Assembly: GCA_052145255.1 (NCBI GenBank)
Contig: JBKQOX010000026.1
Span: 33,528-97,527 of the forward strand
DNA length: 64,000 bases
From: Terracidiphilus sp.
GTDB lineage: Bacteria > Acidobacteriota > Terriglobia > Terriglobales > Acidobacteriaceae
Reading direction: 5' to 3'
In this document: one piece after another, positions 11,433 to 20,461 of the stretch
Layout of the letters: each line of letters begins with the position of its first letter
Position numbering within the stretch: position 1 is the first letter of the stretch
Program-made: the position numbers and the translations under genes
Notes under the pieces: generated by a model
Seen by the model: only the letters and a program-made list of their open reading frames with translations
Told to the model about the DNA's origin: nothing
The model's database searches: none

Positions 11433-11837
11433 TCAGTCCCCCGCCTTGTTCAGCGCCGCAGCCGCGCGAATCAGAGTCTTCAGCGCCTTCTCGTTCACCT
11501 TCTCGCCTTCTTTGACGTCGATGGCGCGCCTCAATCTGCCTTCGAGGCTGGAATTGAACAGCCCGTCCGGATCATCCAGAAACGCGCCTTTGGCGAAGGT
11601 CATCTTCACCGCCTTCTTGTAGGTCTCGCCGGTGCAAATGATTCCGTCGTGCGACCACACAGGATTCCCCCACTTCCACTCTTCAACCACCTTGGGATCG
11701 GCCTGTTTGATCAACGCGCGCAGCCGCGCCAGCATCTCTCCGCGCCAATCGCCCAGCTCCTCGATTCTCAGGTCGATCAGCTTCGAAGCTGACCCGGCCT
11801 TTGCAGATCCCACCTTTGCGGAACTCTTCTTTTTCAT
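11433..11837 (-). CDS. DUF1801 (YdhG-like) family protein
   Basis: Start MKKKSSAK at 11837 after AAGGAGG; DPKVVEEWKWGNPVWSHDGIICTGETYKKAVKMTFAKGA..DP.GLFNSSLEG..RRAID. Confidence 0.9.
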   Translation of the reverse strand: MKKKSSAKVGSAKAGSASKLIDLRIEELGDWRGEMLARLRALIKQADPKVVEEWKWGNPVWSHDGIICTGETYKKAVKMTFAKGAFLDDPDGLFNSSLEGRLRRAIDVKEGEKVNEKALKTLIRAAAALNKAGD

Positions 11838-11890
11838 CGGAACGAAAGACCTCCTTTTCGCGATGCTATCGCAACAAGTTTCAGGCCGTC

Positions 11891-11932
11891 CGCCCAAGCC
11901 GCCGCCCGCCGCGAACACTCCTTAGCTCTCCG
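11891..11932 (+). repeat. 42-bp direct repeat, copy 2
   Basis: CGCCCAAGCCGCCGCCCGCCGCGAACACTCCTTAGCTCTCCG; 41/42 identical to copy 1. Confidence 0.9.
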
Positions 11933-11946
11933 TCTTCGCTTCAGCC

Positions 11947-12603
11947 TCAACTCCCAATCCGCTCCACCCGCTCGCGCAGATATTCTTTCCAACTCTCCGG
12001 GAACGCCTCAACCGCGAAAGTCTTCTCAATCGTCGCCACATCGGCGCTGCTATATCGTTTCGCGGTGTACAGGCGAACGATCTCTGAGATAGGCACGCCA
12101 TTCGGGTCGCGGCTTATCACCTTCATCGCATCGCCCGCGCACACCTCTCCTTCGCGAGTCACGGCCAGGTAGAACCCCGTGCGGCCGCTCGCAAGGAACC
12201 GCCTCACCATATCGTCGGATTCAAATCGTATCCCGAGTTTGTAGCAGGGCAGTCGCGGCTGGGTCACCACCACTTCCGCCGAACCGACGAAATACCGATC
12301 ACCGAGGTGGACCGACTCTTCTGGCGAGCTATCGAGCGTGAAGTTCTCCCCAAACACACCCATCGGTAGCTCTCGATCGGGCAATTCCTTCCTCCAGTAG
12401 TCGTAGTGTTCCAGCGGATAGCAGTAAACGGCCTTATACTCGCCGCCGTGAACCATCAGGTCAGCTTGGCCGTCTCCCTCCAGGTTCAGCTTGTGCAGAG
12501 CGATCCGTCCCGTCACCGGCTCTTTGAAGATTCCCGTGGACACGCTCGTCCCGTGCCAGGTCACCTCTCGCGGAAGCCCGACGTTCACTGAAATCACTCT
12601 CAT
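11947..12603 (-). CDS. MOSC domain protein, YiiM-like
   Basis: TGIFKEPV, GDGQAD..VHGG..KAVY, FGENFT, VTQPRLPCYKL, TGFYLAV. Confidence 0.9.
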   Translation of the reverse strand: MRVISVNVGLPREVTWHGTSVSTGIFKEPVTGRIALHKLNLEGDGQADLMVHGGEYKAVYCYPLEHYDYWRKELPDRELPMGVFGENFTLDSSPEESVHLGDRYFVGSAEVVVTQPRLPCYKLGIRFESDDMVRRFLASGRTGFYLAVTREGEVCAGDAMKVISRDPNGVPISEIVRLYTAKRYSSADVATIEKTFAVEAFPESWKEYLRERVERIGS

Positions 12604-13194
12604 CTAGCCATCGTACTTGTCTGCCGCGCCCGCGAGCCCTTCGCTTTTCTAATCCCAGGTCGTTATTCCCCGGTCTCTGTCTTCCCCCGCCCACCCATTT
12701 TCCGAGGAATAAAGTACGCGGCGAAGCCGCGATCAAATCTTCAGCCCAATTCATCGGCCGTCATCCTGCGCACCCAAATCATCGGCGCCACGACGAGCGA
12801 ATGGCTCTCGACAGAGCCGACAGTCCCTCCCGCCATCCAGCGTTTCTTGGGCCGCGAGCACCCTGGGCAAGGCTGCGGAGCTGCCGGGATCGACGGGCGC
12901 GGGGTCGCCGAAAACGGCCGAGCGGCCCGAGAAACCTTGCCACAAGCCGACTTTTCGTTACCTATTGGCGCGAACTTCAGATGAAGGACAATGGCCCCAC
13001 CAAACCCGCGTTTCGAATCTATCGCCGCGTTGAGTGATTCACAATGTGCGGATTCGGAAATAGAGATCATTTTGCCTGAGCCGGGTGGGAGAACGCTCCG
13101 CAGCTGATGAGGCGAAACGCGCCTCAACGAGTCCAGTAGCGAGGGACCGGATATACCATAATGGAAATACCAGATTAGATCGGCTGGATCAACT

Positions 13195-14418
13195 ATGCCT
13201 GAAGCGCCTGTAAAACCGGACCTGGGATCGCTGCGCATCGAAGCCCACAAGCGAGGCTCCCGAAATGCTGGCAAGCGCATCGCGATCATTCTTTTCCCGC
13301 TGCTCGCCGCGCTCATAGTCGCAGGAGGAGTCTACGCGTACATACACCAGGCGCCCTCGGTGCAGGTTGCAACCGCAGACGCCCCTGACAACGGGCCACA
13401 GGCCCTGCTCAACGCGAGCGGGTATGTCACCCCGCAGCGGCGCGCCACCGTAGCGGCCAAGATCACGGGGCGCGTTACGGGTGTTTTCTTTACCGAAGGG
13501 ATGTACGTGCACACAGGCTTTGTACTGGCCACCCTTGACGATTCCGATGCGCAACGGACGCTGGCTTCCGCGAAAGCAGATCGCAATGCCACGCAGGCAA
13601 GCATTCTCGATTTGCAAGTGCAGTTGAAGAACGCGCAGATAGAGTTGCATCGGGCCCAGGATCTGAGGGCGGCAGGAATTCAAACTCAGGAAGCGCTCGA
13701 CAATGCGACGATGGCCGTGAACAGCCTGAAAGCGAAAATCGACTACACGCAGGCGCAGGTGCTGTCTGCTGACGCGCGCATCAAAGAGGCGCAGCAGGCG
13801 GTGGATAACTGCATCATCACGGCTCCGTTCGACGGCATCATCGTTTCCAAGGACGCGCAGGTGGGAGAAATGGTGTCGCCAATTTCTGCCGGCGGTGGCT
13901 TCACGCGCACAGGCATCGCGACGATTGTCGATATGGCCTCGAATGAAATCGAAGTGGATGTCAACGAGAACTACATCGCTCGCGTCAAGAGCGGCCAGGA
14001 AGTAACCGCCGTTTTGGATGCATATCCGGACTGGAAGATTCCGTGCCGTGTGCGCACGATCATTCCCACAGCCGATCGTCAGAAGGCGACTGTCGAGGTG
14101 CGCATTGCCTTCGACAAGCTGGATCCGCGCATCCTGCCCGATATGGGCGTGAAGGTCACGTTCCTCGGGGAAGAAACAAAGGTCGGGAAAGAAGCGCCGG
14201 CGAGCGTAATGGTGCCGCAGAATGCGGTCCGCGACGATGGCGGGCAGAAGATCGTTTTCCTGGTGACAGGCGATCACGTCGAGCGTCACGCCGTGAAGGT
14301 CGGCACGACCAACGGAGCGCAAACGCAGATTCTGGCGGGGCTCGTGGCCGGGGACACAGTCGTGGTTGGTGGGCCCTCCAACTTGAAAGATGGCGAAACG
14401 GTAGCAATCAAGCGTTAA
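13195..14418 (+). CDS. Periplasmic adaptor (HlyD/MacA family)
   Basis: N-terminal TM, ASGYV, coiled hairpin, IITAPFDGIIV, EVDVNE, ILPDMGVKV. Confidence 0.9.
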   Translation: MPEAPVKPDLGSLRIEAHKRGSRNAGKRIAIILFPLLAALIVAGGVYAYIHQAPSVQVATADAPDNGPQALLNASGYVTPQRRATVAAKITGRVTGVFFTEGMYVHTGFVLATLDDSDAQRTLASAKADRNATQASILDLQVQLKNAQIELHRAQDLRAAGIQTQEALDNATMAVNSLKAKIDYTQAQVLSADARIKEAQQAVDNCIITAPFDGIIVSKDAQVGEMVSPISAGGGFTRTGIATIVDMASNEIEVDVNENYIARVKSGQEVTAVLDAYPDWKIPCRVRTIIPTADRQKATVEVRIAFDKLDPRILPDMGVKVTFLGEETKVGKEAPASVMVPQNAVRDDGGQKIVFLVTGDHVERHAVKVGTTNGAQTQILAGLVAGDTVVVGGPSNLKDGETVAIKR

Positions 14419-14551
14419 CGCGCCGTTCTTGCAACTCAGTTATCCTTCTGTGATTGGGAATTGCGGAGTGGGACACAGGATGCTGTCCCCGCGAGGAACG
14501 GCGCGATTCGGGCTATGGATCGGATATCGCGGAAATCAAGGAGTGTTGATC

Positions 14552-15292
14552 ATGGTACGCGTGGACGGCAATGGAGCAGTGGGCAGTCTGATTCGCGTTC
14601 GCGGTTTGGACAAAACTTATCGCCGCGGCAACGAGGAAATCGACGTCTTGCAGGGCTTGAATCTCGATGTCGATAAAGGCGACTTCGTGGCCTTCATGGG
14701 GCCGAGCGGCTCGGGCAAGACCACGTTGCTCAATTTGATGGGCGGCCTCGACGTTCCCACGCGCGGCACCATCAGCGTGGCCGGCGATGAAATCACGCAC
14801 ATGTCTGGCAGCAAGCTGACCAACTGGCGGGCGCGCCACGTCGGTTTCATCTTCCAGATGTACAACCTCATTCCCGTGCTTACCGCCTTCGGGAACGTCG
14901 AATTGCCCTTGCTGCTGACCAGGCTTTCCAAGGCCGAGCGCCGCAAGCACATTGAAACTGCTCTTTCCATCGTTGGTTTGGGCGATCGCATGAACCACTA
15001 TCCGCGCCAGCTTTCCGGCGGACAGGAACAGCGTGTTGCCATCGCCCGCGCCATCGTCGCCGATCCCACGTTCCTGCTTTGCGACGAGCCCACCGGCGAC
15101 CTGGACCGCAAAAGCGCCGACGAAGTGATGGAACTCATCAAGCGGTTAGTGAAGGAGCATGGAAAAACCGTGCTGATGGTAACGCACGACCCGGTGGTTG
15201 CGCGCCAGGCCGATACGACACTGCATCTCGAAAAGGGAGTGCTGGTAGAAGCAGGCACGCCGCCGGCAATTGCCGGGGGAGCGCTGTCATGA
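14552..15292 (+). CDS. ABC transporter ATP-binding protein (MacB/LolD clan)
   Basis: ATG 14552 after AAGGAG; GPSGSGKTT, LSGGQEQRVAIARA, CDEPTGDLD. Confidence 0.92.
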   Translation: MVRVDGNGAVGSLIRVRGLDKTYRRGNEEIDVLQGLNLDVDKGDFVAFMGPSGSGKTTLLNLMGGLDVPTRGTISVAGDEITHMSGSKLTNWRARHVGFIFQMYNLIPVLTAFGNVELPLLLTRLSKAERRKHIETALSIVGLGDRMNHYPRQLSGGQEQRVAIARAIVADPTFLLCDEPTGDLDRKSADEVMELIKRLVKEHGKTVLMVTHDPVVARQADTTLHLEKGVLVEAGTPPAIAGGALS

Positions 15293-16440
15293 AATTCAGC
15301 AAACTCATTCTCGCCAATCTGCTTCGCAAGAAGGCACGGCTGGTTCTCACCATCGGTTCGTTCGCTGTGGCGCTTTTCCTGTTTGCGCTGCTGGGAGTGG
15401 TGAACGACGCCTTCAGCCGCGGGGCAGACGTCGTGAGCGCGAATCGCCTCGTCACCATCAATCGCACGTCAATCATCAACACGGTACCGTTGTCCTACCG
15501 GGACGAAATCCTGCGCATTCCGGGCGTGACGTACGTGACACACGACAATTGGTTCGGCGGCGTGTATCAGGATGCTAAGAATTTCTTCCCTCAATTTGTG
15601 ATCGATCCGGAGAACCAGCGCCAGGTTTACCCAGAGCTCATCGTTCCCGACGATCAGTGGGATACATTCCTGAAAGATCGCCAGGGCGCGATTGTCGGCG
15701 CGGTTACCATGAAGCGCTTCGGCTGGAAGGTCGGCGACCGCATTCCCATCACGACAACTATCTATGGGCTGGCTGGCAAGCCCTTCGAGTTCAATATCGA
15801 TGGCGTTTACCACGGCGCGAAGCCCGAAGATGACGAGACCCAGTTTTGGTTCCAGTGGGAATACTTCAAAGAGAGCGTGCCCGATTCGATCAAAGGCCAG
15901 GTTGGTTGGTACACGGTTCGCATCGCTGACCCCGACGACGCCCCGCGTATCGCCAAGACCATCGACAACATGTACATGAATTCGCCCTACGAAACGAAGA
16001 CCGAGACAGAGTCCGCGTTTGCCGAGGGCTGGGTGAAGCAGTTCGGAAATATCAAATTCCTGATCGTTTCGATCGGGACCGTCGTTTTCTTCACGCTCTT
16101 GCTGGTTACCGGAAACACGATGGCCATCTCCGTGCGCGAGCGAACGAATGAGCTGGGCGTGCTCAAGGCTATCGGTTTTCCGGATGGCACGATCCTTGCG
16201 TTCATTCTGGGCGAGTCGATGGCGATCGCGCTTGCCGGTTGCGTGGGCTTGCTGCTTGCGCTGGTCGTCATTCCGGTGCTAAGCCGCGCAATGGCCGGTC
16301 TCTTGCCGCCGCTTCTGGTTACGGCCAAAACGTTGGTGTTCGGTGTGATCGCTGCTCTCATGGTCGGCTTCGCCAGCGGAATTCTTCCCGCCTACGGTGC
16401 GATGCGCATGCGTGTAGTGAATGCCCTTCGGAGGGTGTGA
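15289..16440 (+). CDS. MacB/FtsX-type ABC permease 1
   Basis: ATGA overlap with the ATPase gene; TM1, large periplasmic domain, ISVRERTNELGVLKAIGF, ASGILPAY. Confidence 0.9.
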   Translation: MKFSKLILANLLRKKARLVLTIGSFAVALFLFALLGVVNDAFSRGADVVSANRLVTINRTSIINTVPLSYRDEILRIPGVTYVTHDNWFGGVYQDAKNFFPQFVIDPENQRQVYPELIVPDDQWDTFLKDRQGAIVGAVTMKRFGWKVGDRIPITTTIYGLAGKPFEFNIDGVYHGAKPEDDETQFWFQWEYFKESVPDSIKGQVGWYTVRIADPDDAPRIAKTIDNMYMNSPYETKTETESAFAEGWVKQFGNIKFLIVSIGTVVFFTLLLVTGNTMAISVRERTNELGVLKAIGFPDGTILAFILGESMAIALAGCVGLLLALVVIPVLSRAMAGLLPPLLVTAKTLVFGVIAALMVGFASGILPAYGAMRMRVVNALRRV

Positions 16441-16442
16441 GC

Positions 16443-17729
16443 ATGGTGACAAAACTCTTTTTCGGCGCGGTGATCACCCTTGCGGCCATCGCTGCGCTGC
16501 TCCTGATTTTGGTCATCGTTGGCGGGATCGTGGCCGGATTGCTGGCGCCGCTGATCGGTTCCGTACCGATTTCCTACAACCTCCGCAGCATTCGGGCACG
16601 CTGGACTTCCACGATCGTGGCCATTCTGGGCATTGCCGGGACGGTCGGCGTATTCGTGGCCATGCTTTCGCTGGCGCGCGGTTTCCGGGCCACGCTGGTG
16701 GCCTCAGGCACGCCCGACGATGCGCTGGTGATGCGGGCCGGCTCGACCACGGAAATGATGGGCGGCATCACTCTCGATTCTGTGAAGCTGGTACAAGATA
16801 AGCCTGGCGTGGCACGCGATGCGTCGGGGCAGCCGCTGGTCACGCAGGAAGTCGTCGGCGTCGTTCCCATACCACTGATCAGCACAGGCACGGACGCGAA
16901 TGTGGAAGTCCGCGGCGTTTCGCCCAACGTCCTCGAAATCCGCCAATTCGTGAAGGTCGTGCAAGGGCGGATGTTTCATTCTGGGCTGGACGAGCTTGTG
17001 GTGGGCAAGAATGCCTCGAAAACCTACGAGGGCCTGACCGTTGGCAACACGGTGAACTTCGGCGGCGGGCACTGGAAGGTTGTAGGAGTGTTCGACGCGG
17101 GCGGATCGTCGTTCGATTCCGAAGTGTGGTGCGACTCGCGCATCCTGAACGAAGTGCTCAAGCGCCCCGAAAACATCTTTCAATCTGCCACTGTTCACCT
17201 CACTTCGCCCGCGGCATTCGACAAATTCAAGGATTCGATTACTTCCGACCCGCAGTTGAATTTGGAAGTCGAGCGCGAAGTGGATTACTACGCCAAGCAA
17301 TCCTCGGCCATGACGCAGCTGATCACCGTGTTGGGCGGTCTGGTGGCTGCCGTCATGGCGATCGGCGCCGTATTTGGCGCTCTCAACACCATGTACTCGG
17401 CCGTCTCCGAACGCGGACGTGAGATTGCCACCATGCGCGCGCTCGGCTTTTCCAGCTGGAACGTCATCCTCTCGTTCTTGTTCGAGGCGCTGCTGATTTC
17501 TTTCATAGCCGGCATTATCGGCTGTGTGGTCGTGCTTCCGCTGAATGGCATGACCACGCAGACCATGAATTTCTCGACCTTCTCGAACATTGCCTTCGCC
17601 TTCAAGATCACATTCAACTTGCTTGTGATGGGGGTGATATTCGCGCTGGCTATGGGCGTTCTCGGCGGCATGCTGCCCGCAGTGCGCGCCGCGCTGCGCC
17701 CTGTCGCCGTCGCCCTGCGCGAGTTGTAG
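16443..17729 (+). CDS. MacB/FtsX-type ABC permease 2
   Basis: ATG 16443; NTMYSAVSERGREIATMRALGF, GGMLPAVRAA; extra N-terminal TM. Confidence 0.9.
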   Translation: MVTKLFFGAVITLAAIAALLLILVIVGGIVAGLLAPLIGSVPISYNLRSIRARWTSTIVAILGIAGTVGVFVAMLSLARGFRATLVASGTPDDALVMRAGSTTEMMGGITLDSVKLVQDKPGVARDASGQPLVTQEVVGVVPIPLISTGTDANVEVRGVSPNVLEIRQFVKVVQGRMFHSGLDELVVGKNASKTYEGLTVGNTVNFGGGHWKVVGVFDAGGSSFDSEVWCDSRILNEVLKRPENIFQSATVHLTSPAAFDKFKDSITSDPQLNLEVEREVDYYAKQSSAMTQLITVLGGLVAAVMAIGAVFGALNTMYSAVSERGREIATMRALGFSSWNVILSFLFEALLISFIAGIIGCVVVLPLNGMTTQTMNFSTFSNIAFAFKITFNLLVMGVIFALAMGVLGGMLPAVRAALRPVAVALREL

Positions 17730-18173
17730 GGAACCTGTGACGAAGGCACAGTGATACATAGCAAACCATAATTGGAATCAATGACCATTTTCCGTAGCTA
17801 ATTACAGGCGTCGGATCTGGCGTGGTCATTGAGCAGGTCTTAGGGTGCAACGATTAGTCCTCGAAAACGCCGATATCGCCCGCAAAAGCCCTCCGACCGA
17901 CCCCTTCTCGTCGCCCGCGCAAGCCCCTCCCGGCCGGCGATCCATCCCAACCCCGCTGCGCCTGCCTTTCTGTCAAGCTCTCAATCGCCCAAACGCGCCC
18001 ATCAAACTCACCCTAACCGCTTGCCTTTTCGGTCACTTATTGACTCCCAAATCTTCCTCCCCAAGTTTGCCGATCATTATGCCCGTTTGGCGCACAATAA
18101 TCCCATGATCGCTATTCCGAGAATCGTTGGCTCCCGGCTTTTCGCAGAAACGCGATCAAGGAGGAAACTTAAT

Positions 18174-18311
18174 TTAAGAAAAAATTTGGGATGTTTCGCC
18201 TGATTTTCGCCAAATAACTCGTTTAGAATCAGCGGGCGTATTCCGAAAATGGGCTGAAAATGAGCGCACTTAAGTCGAATCTATGTGCCATAACCCGTTT
18301 AGAATCAGCAA
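18174..18311 (+). repeat. AT-rich dispersed element, copy A, with two ATAACYCGTTTAGAATCAGC cores 76 bp apart
   Basis: 18174-18233 is 57/60 identical to the reverse complement of 29879-29938; cores at 18214-18233 and 18290-18309. Confidence 0.85.
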
Positions 18312-18809
18312 GAATATCCCAAGAAATGACGGACGGTTTTAAGAACCGCAAGCAACTCTCCTGAAAGGAGTTATTGGCCAACGCGGGCTATGCTGTCTGC
18401 TGTCTCCAGCTTGCTGTCTGAAGCCCGCTCTCCGCTATTCACTTTTCACTGTCCACTGTCTTAAAAACAGTGTGCCTCACCCGTTATGTCCCCCGACTCC
18501 CGAGTGAGGCACTTAGTTGTCCCAGGTCTCTAAATCGGAGTCTCCTCCCCCCGAAGCAGACTCCGACTTTTCGAGCCGCCCGACTACTACGGCCTTTTAC
18601 CTCTGCATCACGAATTCGGCTCCTCGTACCACCTGCCCGTGAAGCATTGGGACAACGGTCCCGGCATTCTCCCGCCGATCTTGCAATTGCTGCAGGCGAT
18701 GCATTGTAGGAGACGATGGAGGTCGAAGCTTTGTTGCAAAATCGGCGCGACAAAATCAGAGACATCAACGCAGGCATTCGCTGTTAAGGCAAGAAAAAAT
18801 CCGCATCAG

Positions 18810-18842
18810 GGAGCAACGGCCGCGCGCAGCGGCCATCGCTCC
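18810..18842 (-). terminator. Hairpin after degP, possible terminator
   Basis: Minus strand GGAGCGATGGCCG...CGGCCGTTGCTCC; the T-tract lies about 10 nt downstream of the stem. Confidence 0.45.
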
Positions 18843-18870
18843 TCCAATGCCGATCGTTACTCGCCGAACC

Positions 18871-20430
18871 TCACTCGCCGTTTTGCGAATTCTGATTTGG
18901 GTGCACCACGAGGAAGCTCTCGCCACCGTTCGCCCAAACCAGAAGCAGGACGTCTTTCCCTACAGGCTCCGAGTGAAGCTGGTTCACGAAGCTGTCCGCA
19001 TCCTCGACGGGATGACGGTCGACTCCGAGAATCACATCGCCGGGTGTGAGACCCGCATCTTCAGCCGCGCTGCCCGGACGCACTGATTCGATCACCGCGC
19101 CCTTCACCTGATCGGGCACGTTGAACTGCTGGCGCAGATCGGGAGTCAGGTTGGCCACGGCCAGTCCAAGACGGCCGCGCTGCTGGCTGCCCTGTTCGCC
19201 GTTGCTCGCCTCTTCATTCGTGTTGTGGAACTCGCCCACTGTCACGTGCAGCGTTTGCGGCTTGCCGTCACGAAGAATGCCCAGTGTGATCGCGGTCCCT
19301 GGCGTCATCTCGCTCACCGTAACCTGCAGCATGCTGCCGTTCGGAATCCCCTTGCCGTCAACCTCGCGCAGCACGTCGCCGCTCTCTAAGCCAGCTTTGC
19401 TGGCCGGCGAGTCCGGTGTCACCTGGCTGACGATGGCGCCTGTCGCATCGGGCAGGTTGAAGAAGCTCGAGTTGTCGGGCGTCACATCGTTCATGCTGAT
19501 GCCCAGGTAGCCGTGGTGCACGCTGCCGTTCTTGATGATGGCCTGCGCCGTGGCCTGGGCGATTTGCGACGGAATCGCGAATCCCGCGCCGGCAAACGAT
19601 CCGCTGCCCGAGATGATGAAGGTGTTGATGCCAATGACTTCGCCGTAAGCATTCACCAGCGGCCCGCCGGAGTTACCGGGATTGATGGCCGCATCGGTCT
19701 GGATAAAGGCGCCCGGCTTGCGCGGATCGTCGCGGTAAGGATTCGGGCGATCGAGGCCGCTGATGATGCCGCGCGTCACGGTAAAGGGGAAGTTGCCGAA
19801 GGGGTTGCCGAAGGCCAGCACGGTCTCGCCCGGCTTGATTTTCGTCGAGTCGCCCCACGGCACGCTGGTCAGGTCGTGCGCGTCGATTTTGATCACCGCC
19901 AGGTCGTTGAGTTTGTCGACACCGATCAATTTCGCGGTGAAGACGCGTCGGTCATTCAATGTGACGCGAATCTGCGTCGCCCCGTCGACCACATGATCGT
20001 TGGTGACGATGTATCCATCTGACGTTAGAATCACGCCACTACCGATGCCATGTTCGAACTGGGGCTGCGGTTTCATCTGCTGGCCGCCGGGACCGAAGAA
20101 GAACTGACGAAAGCCGGGAGGCAAATCCTGCGGATTGATTCCGCCGGGTCCCTGCCCGCCGTTCTCGGAGTTCTGATCGTCCTCGGAAACGCGCGAAGTG
20201 ACGGCCACGTTGACGACTGCGGGCGTGACGCGCGCGGCAACGGCTTCCACCGCGTTATCGAGCGCGACCAGCGACGAGACGCTGCTCTCATCGAGCGGCC
20301 CGGCGACAGCGGCGTGCGCTCTGCTGTGATCGAAAAAGAACGCAAGCGAAAACAGAACGGTGGCGAGGATACCAGCGGGAACTGCGAGCTTCTTGACGAT
20401 TGCTACTAATGAATTAGTTGTCAAAGACAT
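18871..20430 (-). CDS. DegP/DegQ (HtrA, Do family) serine protease with two PDZ domains
   Basis: Start MSLTT at 20430 after GGAGA; GSGVIL, VTNDHV, DLAVIK, QTDAAINPGNSGGPL, two PDZ domains. Confidence 0.93.
   Translation of the reverse strand: MSLTTNSLVAIVKKLAVPAGILATVLFSLAFFFDHSRAHAAVAGPLDESSVSSLVALDNAVEAVAARVTPAVVNVAVTSRVSEDDQNSENGGQGPGGINPQDLPPGFRQFFFGPGGQQMKPQPQFEHGIGSGVILTSDGYIVTNDHVVDGATQIRVTLNDRRVFTAKLIGVDKLNDLAVIKIDAHDLTSVPWGDSTKIKPGETVLAFGNPFGNFPFTVTRGIISGLDRPNPYRDDPRKPGAFIQTDAAINPGNSGGPLVNAYGEVIGINTFIISGSGSFAGAGFAIPSQIAQATAQAIIKNGSVHHGYLGISMNDVTPDNSSFFNLPDATGAIVSQVTPDSPASKAGLESGDVLREVDGKGIPNGSMLQVTVSEMTPGTAITLGILRDGKPQTLHVTVGEFHNTNEEASNGEQGSQQRGRLGLAVANLTPDLRQQFNVPDQVKGAVIESVRPGSAAEDAGLTPGDVILGVDRHPVEDADSFVNQLHSEPVGKDVLLLVWANGGESFLVVHPNQNSQNGE
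20405..20418. promoter_or_regulatory. Putative BlaI-family operator inside the first codons of degP
   Basis: ACTAA-TGAA-TTAGT, matching the palindrome upstream of blaI. Confidence 0.55.
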
Positions 20431-20461
20431 TGCTTCATCTCCATGGGTGTGAATTGCATGT

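Noticed and set aside
13104-13126. CTGATGAG...GAAAC, a hammerhead ribozyme-like core
   Set aside because: No room for stem II (GAG-GC-GAAA); the bases instead form a simple TGAGGCG/CGCCTCA hairpin
12741-13316. 191-aa minus-strand ORF and small ORFs in 12604-13194
   Set aside because: No recognisable motifs, Arg/Pro/Ser-rich composition, and overlap with the adaptor gene start; treated as intergenic
18214-18309. 20-bp repeat with 56-bp spacer as a mini CRISPR array
   Set aside because: Only two cores per locus, spacers homologous between loci, repeat too short, and no cas genes
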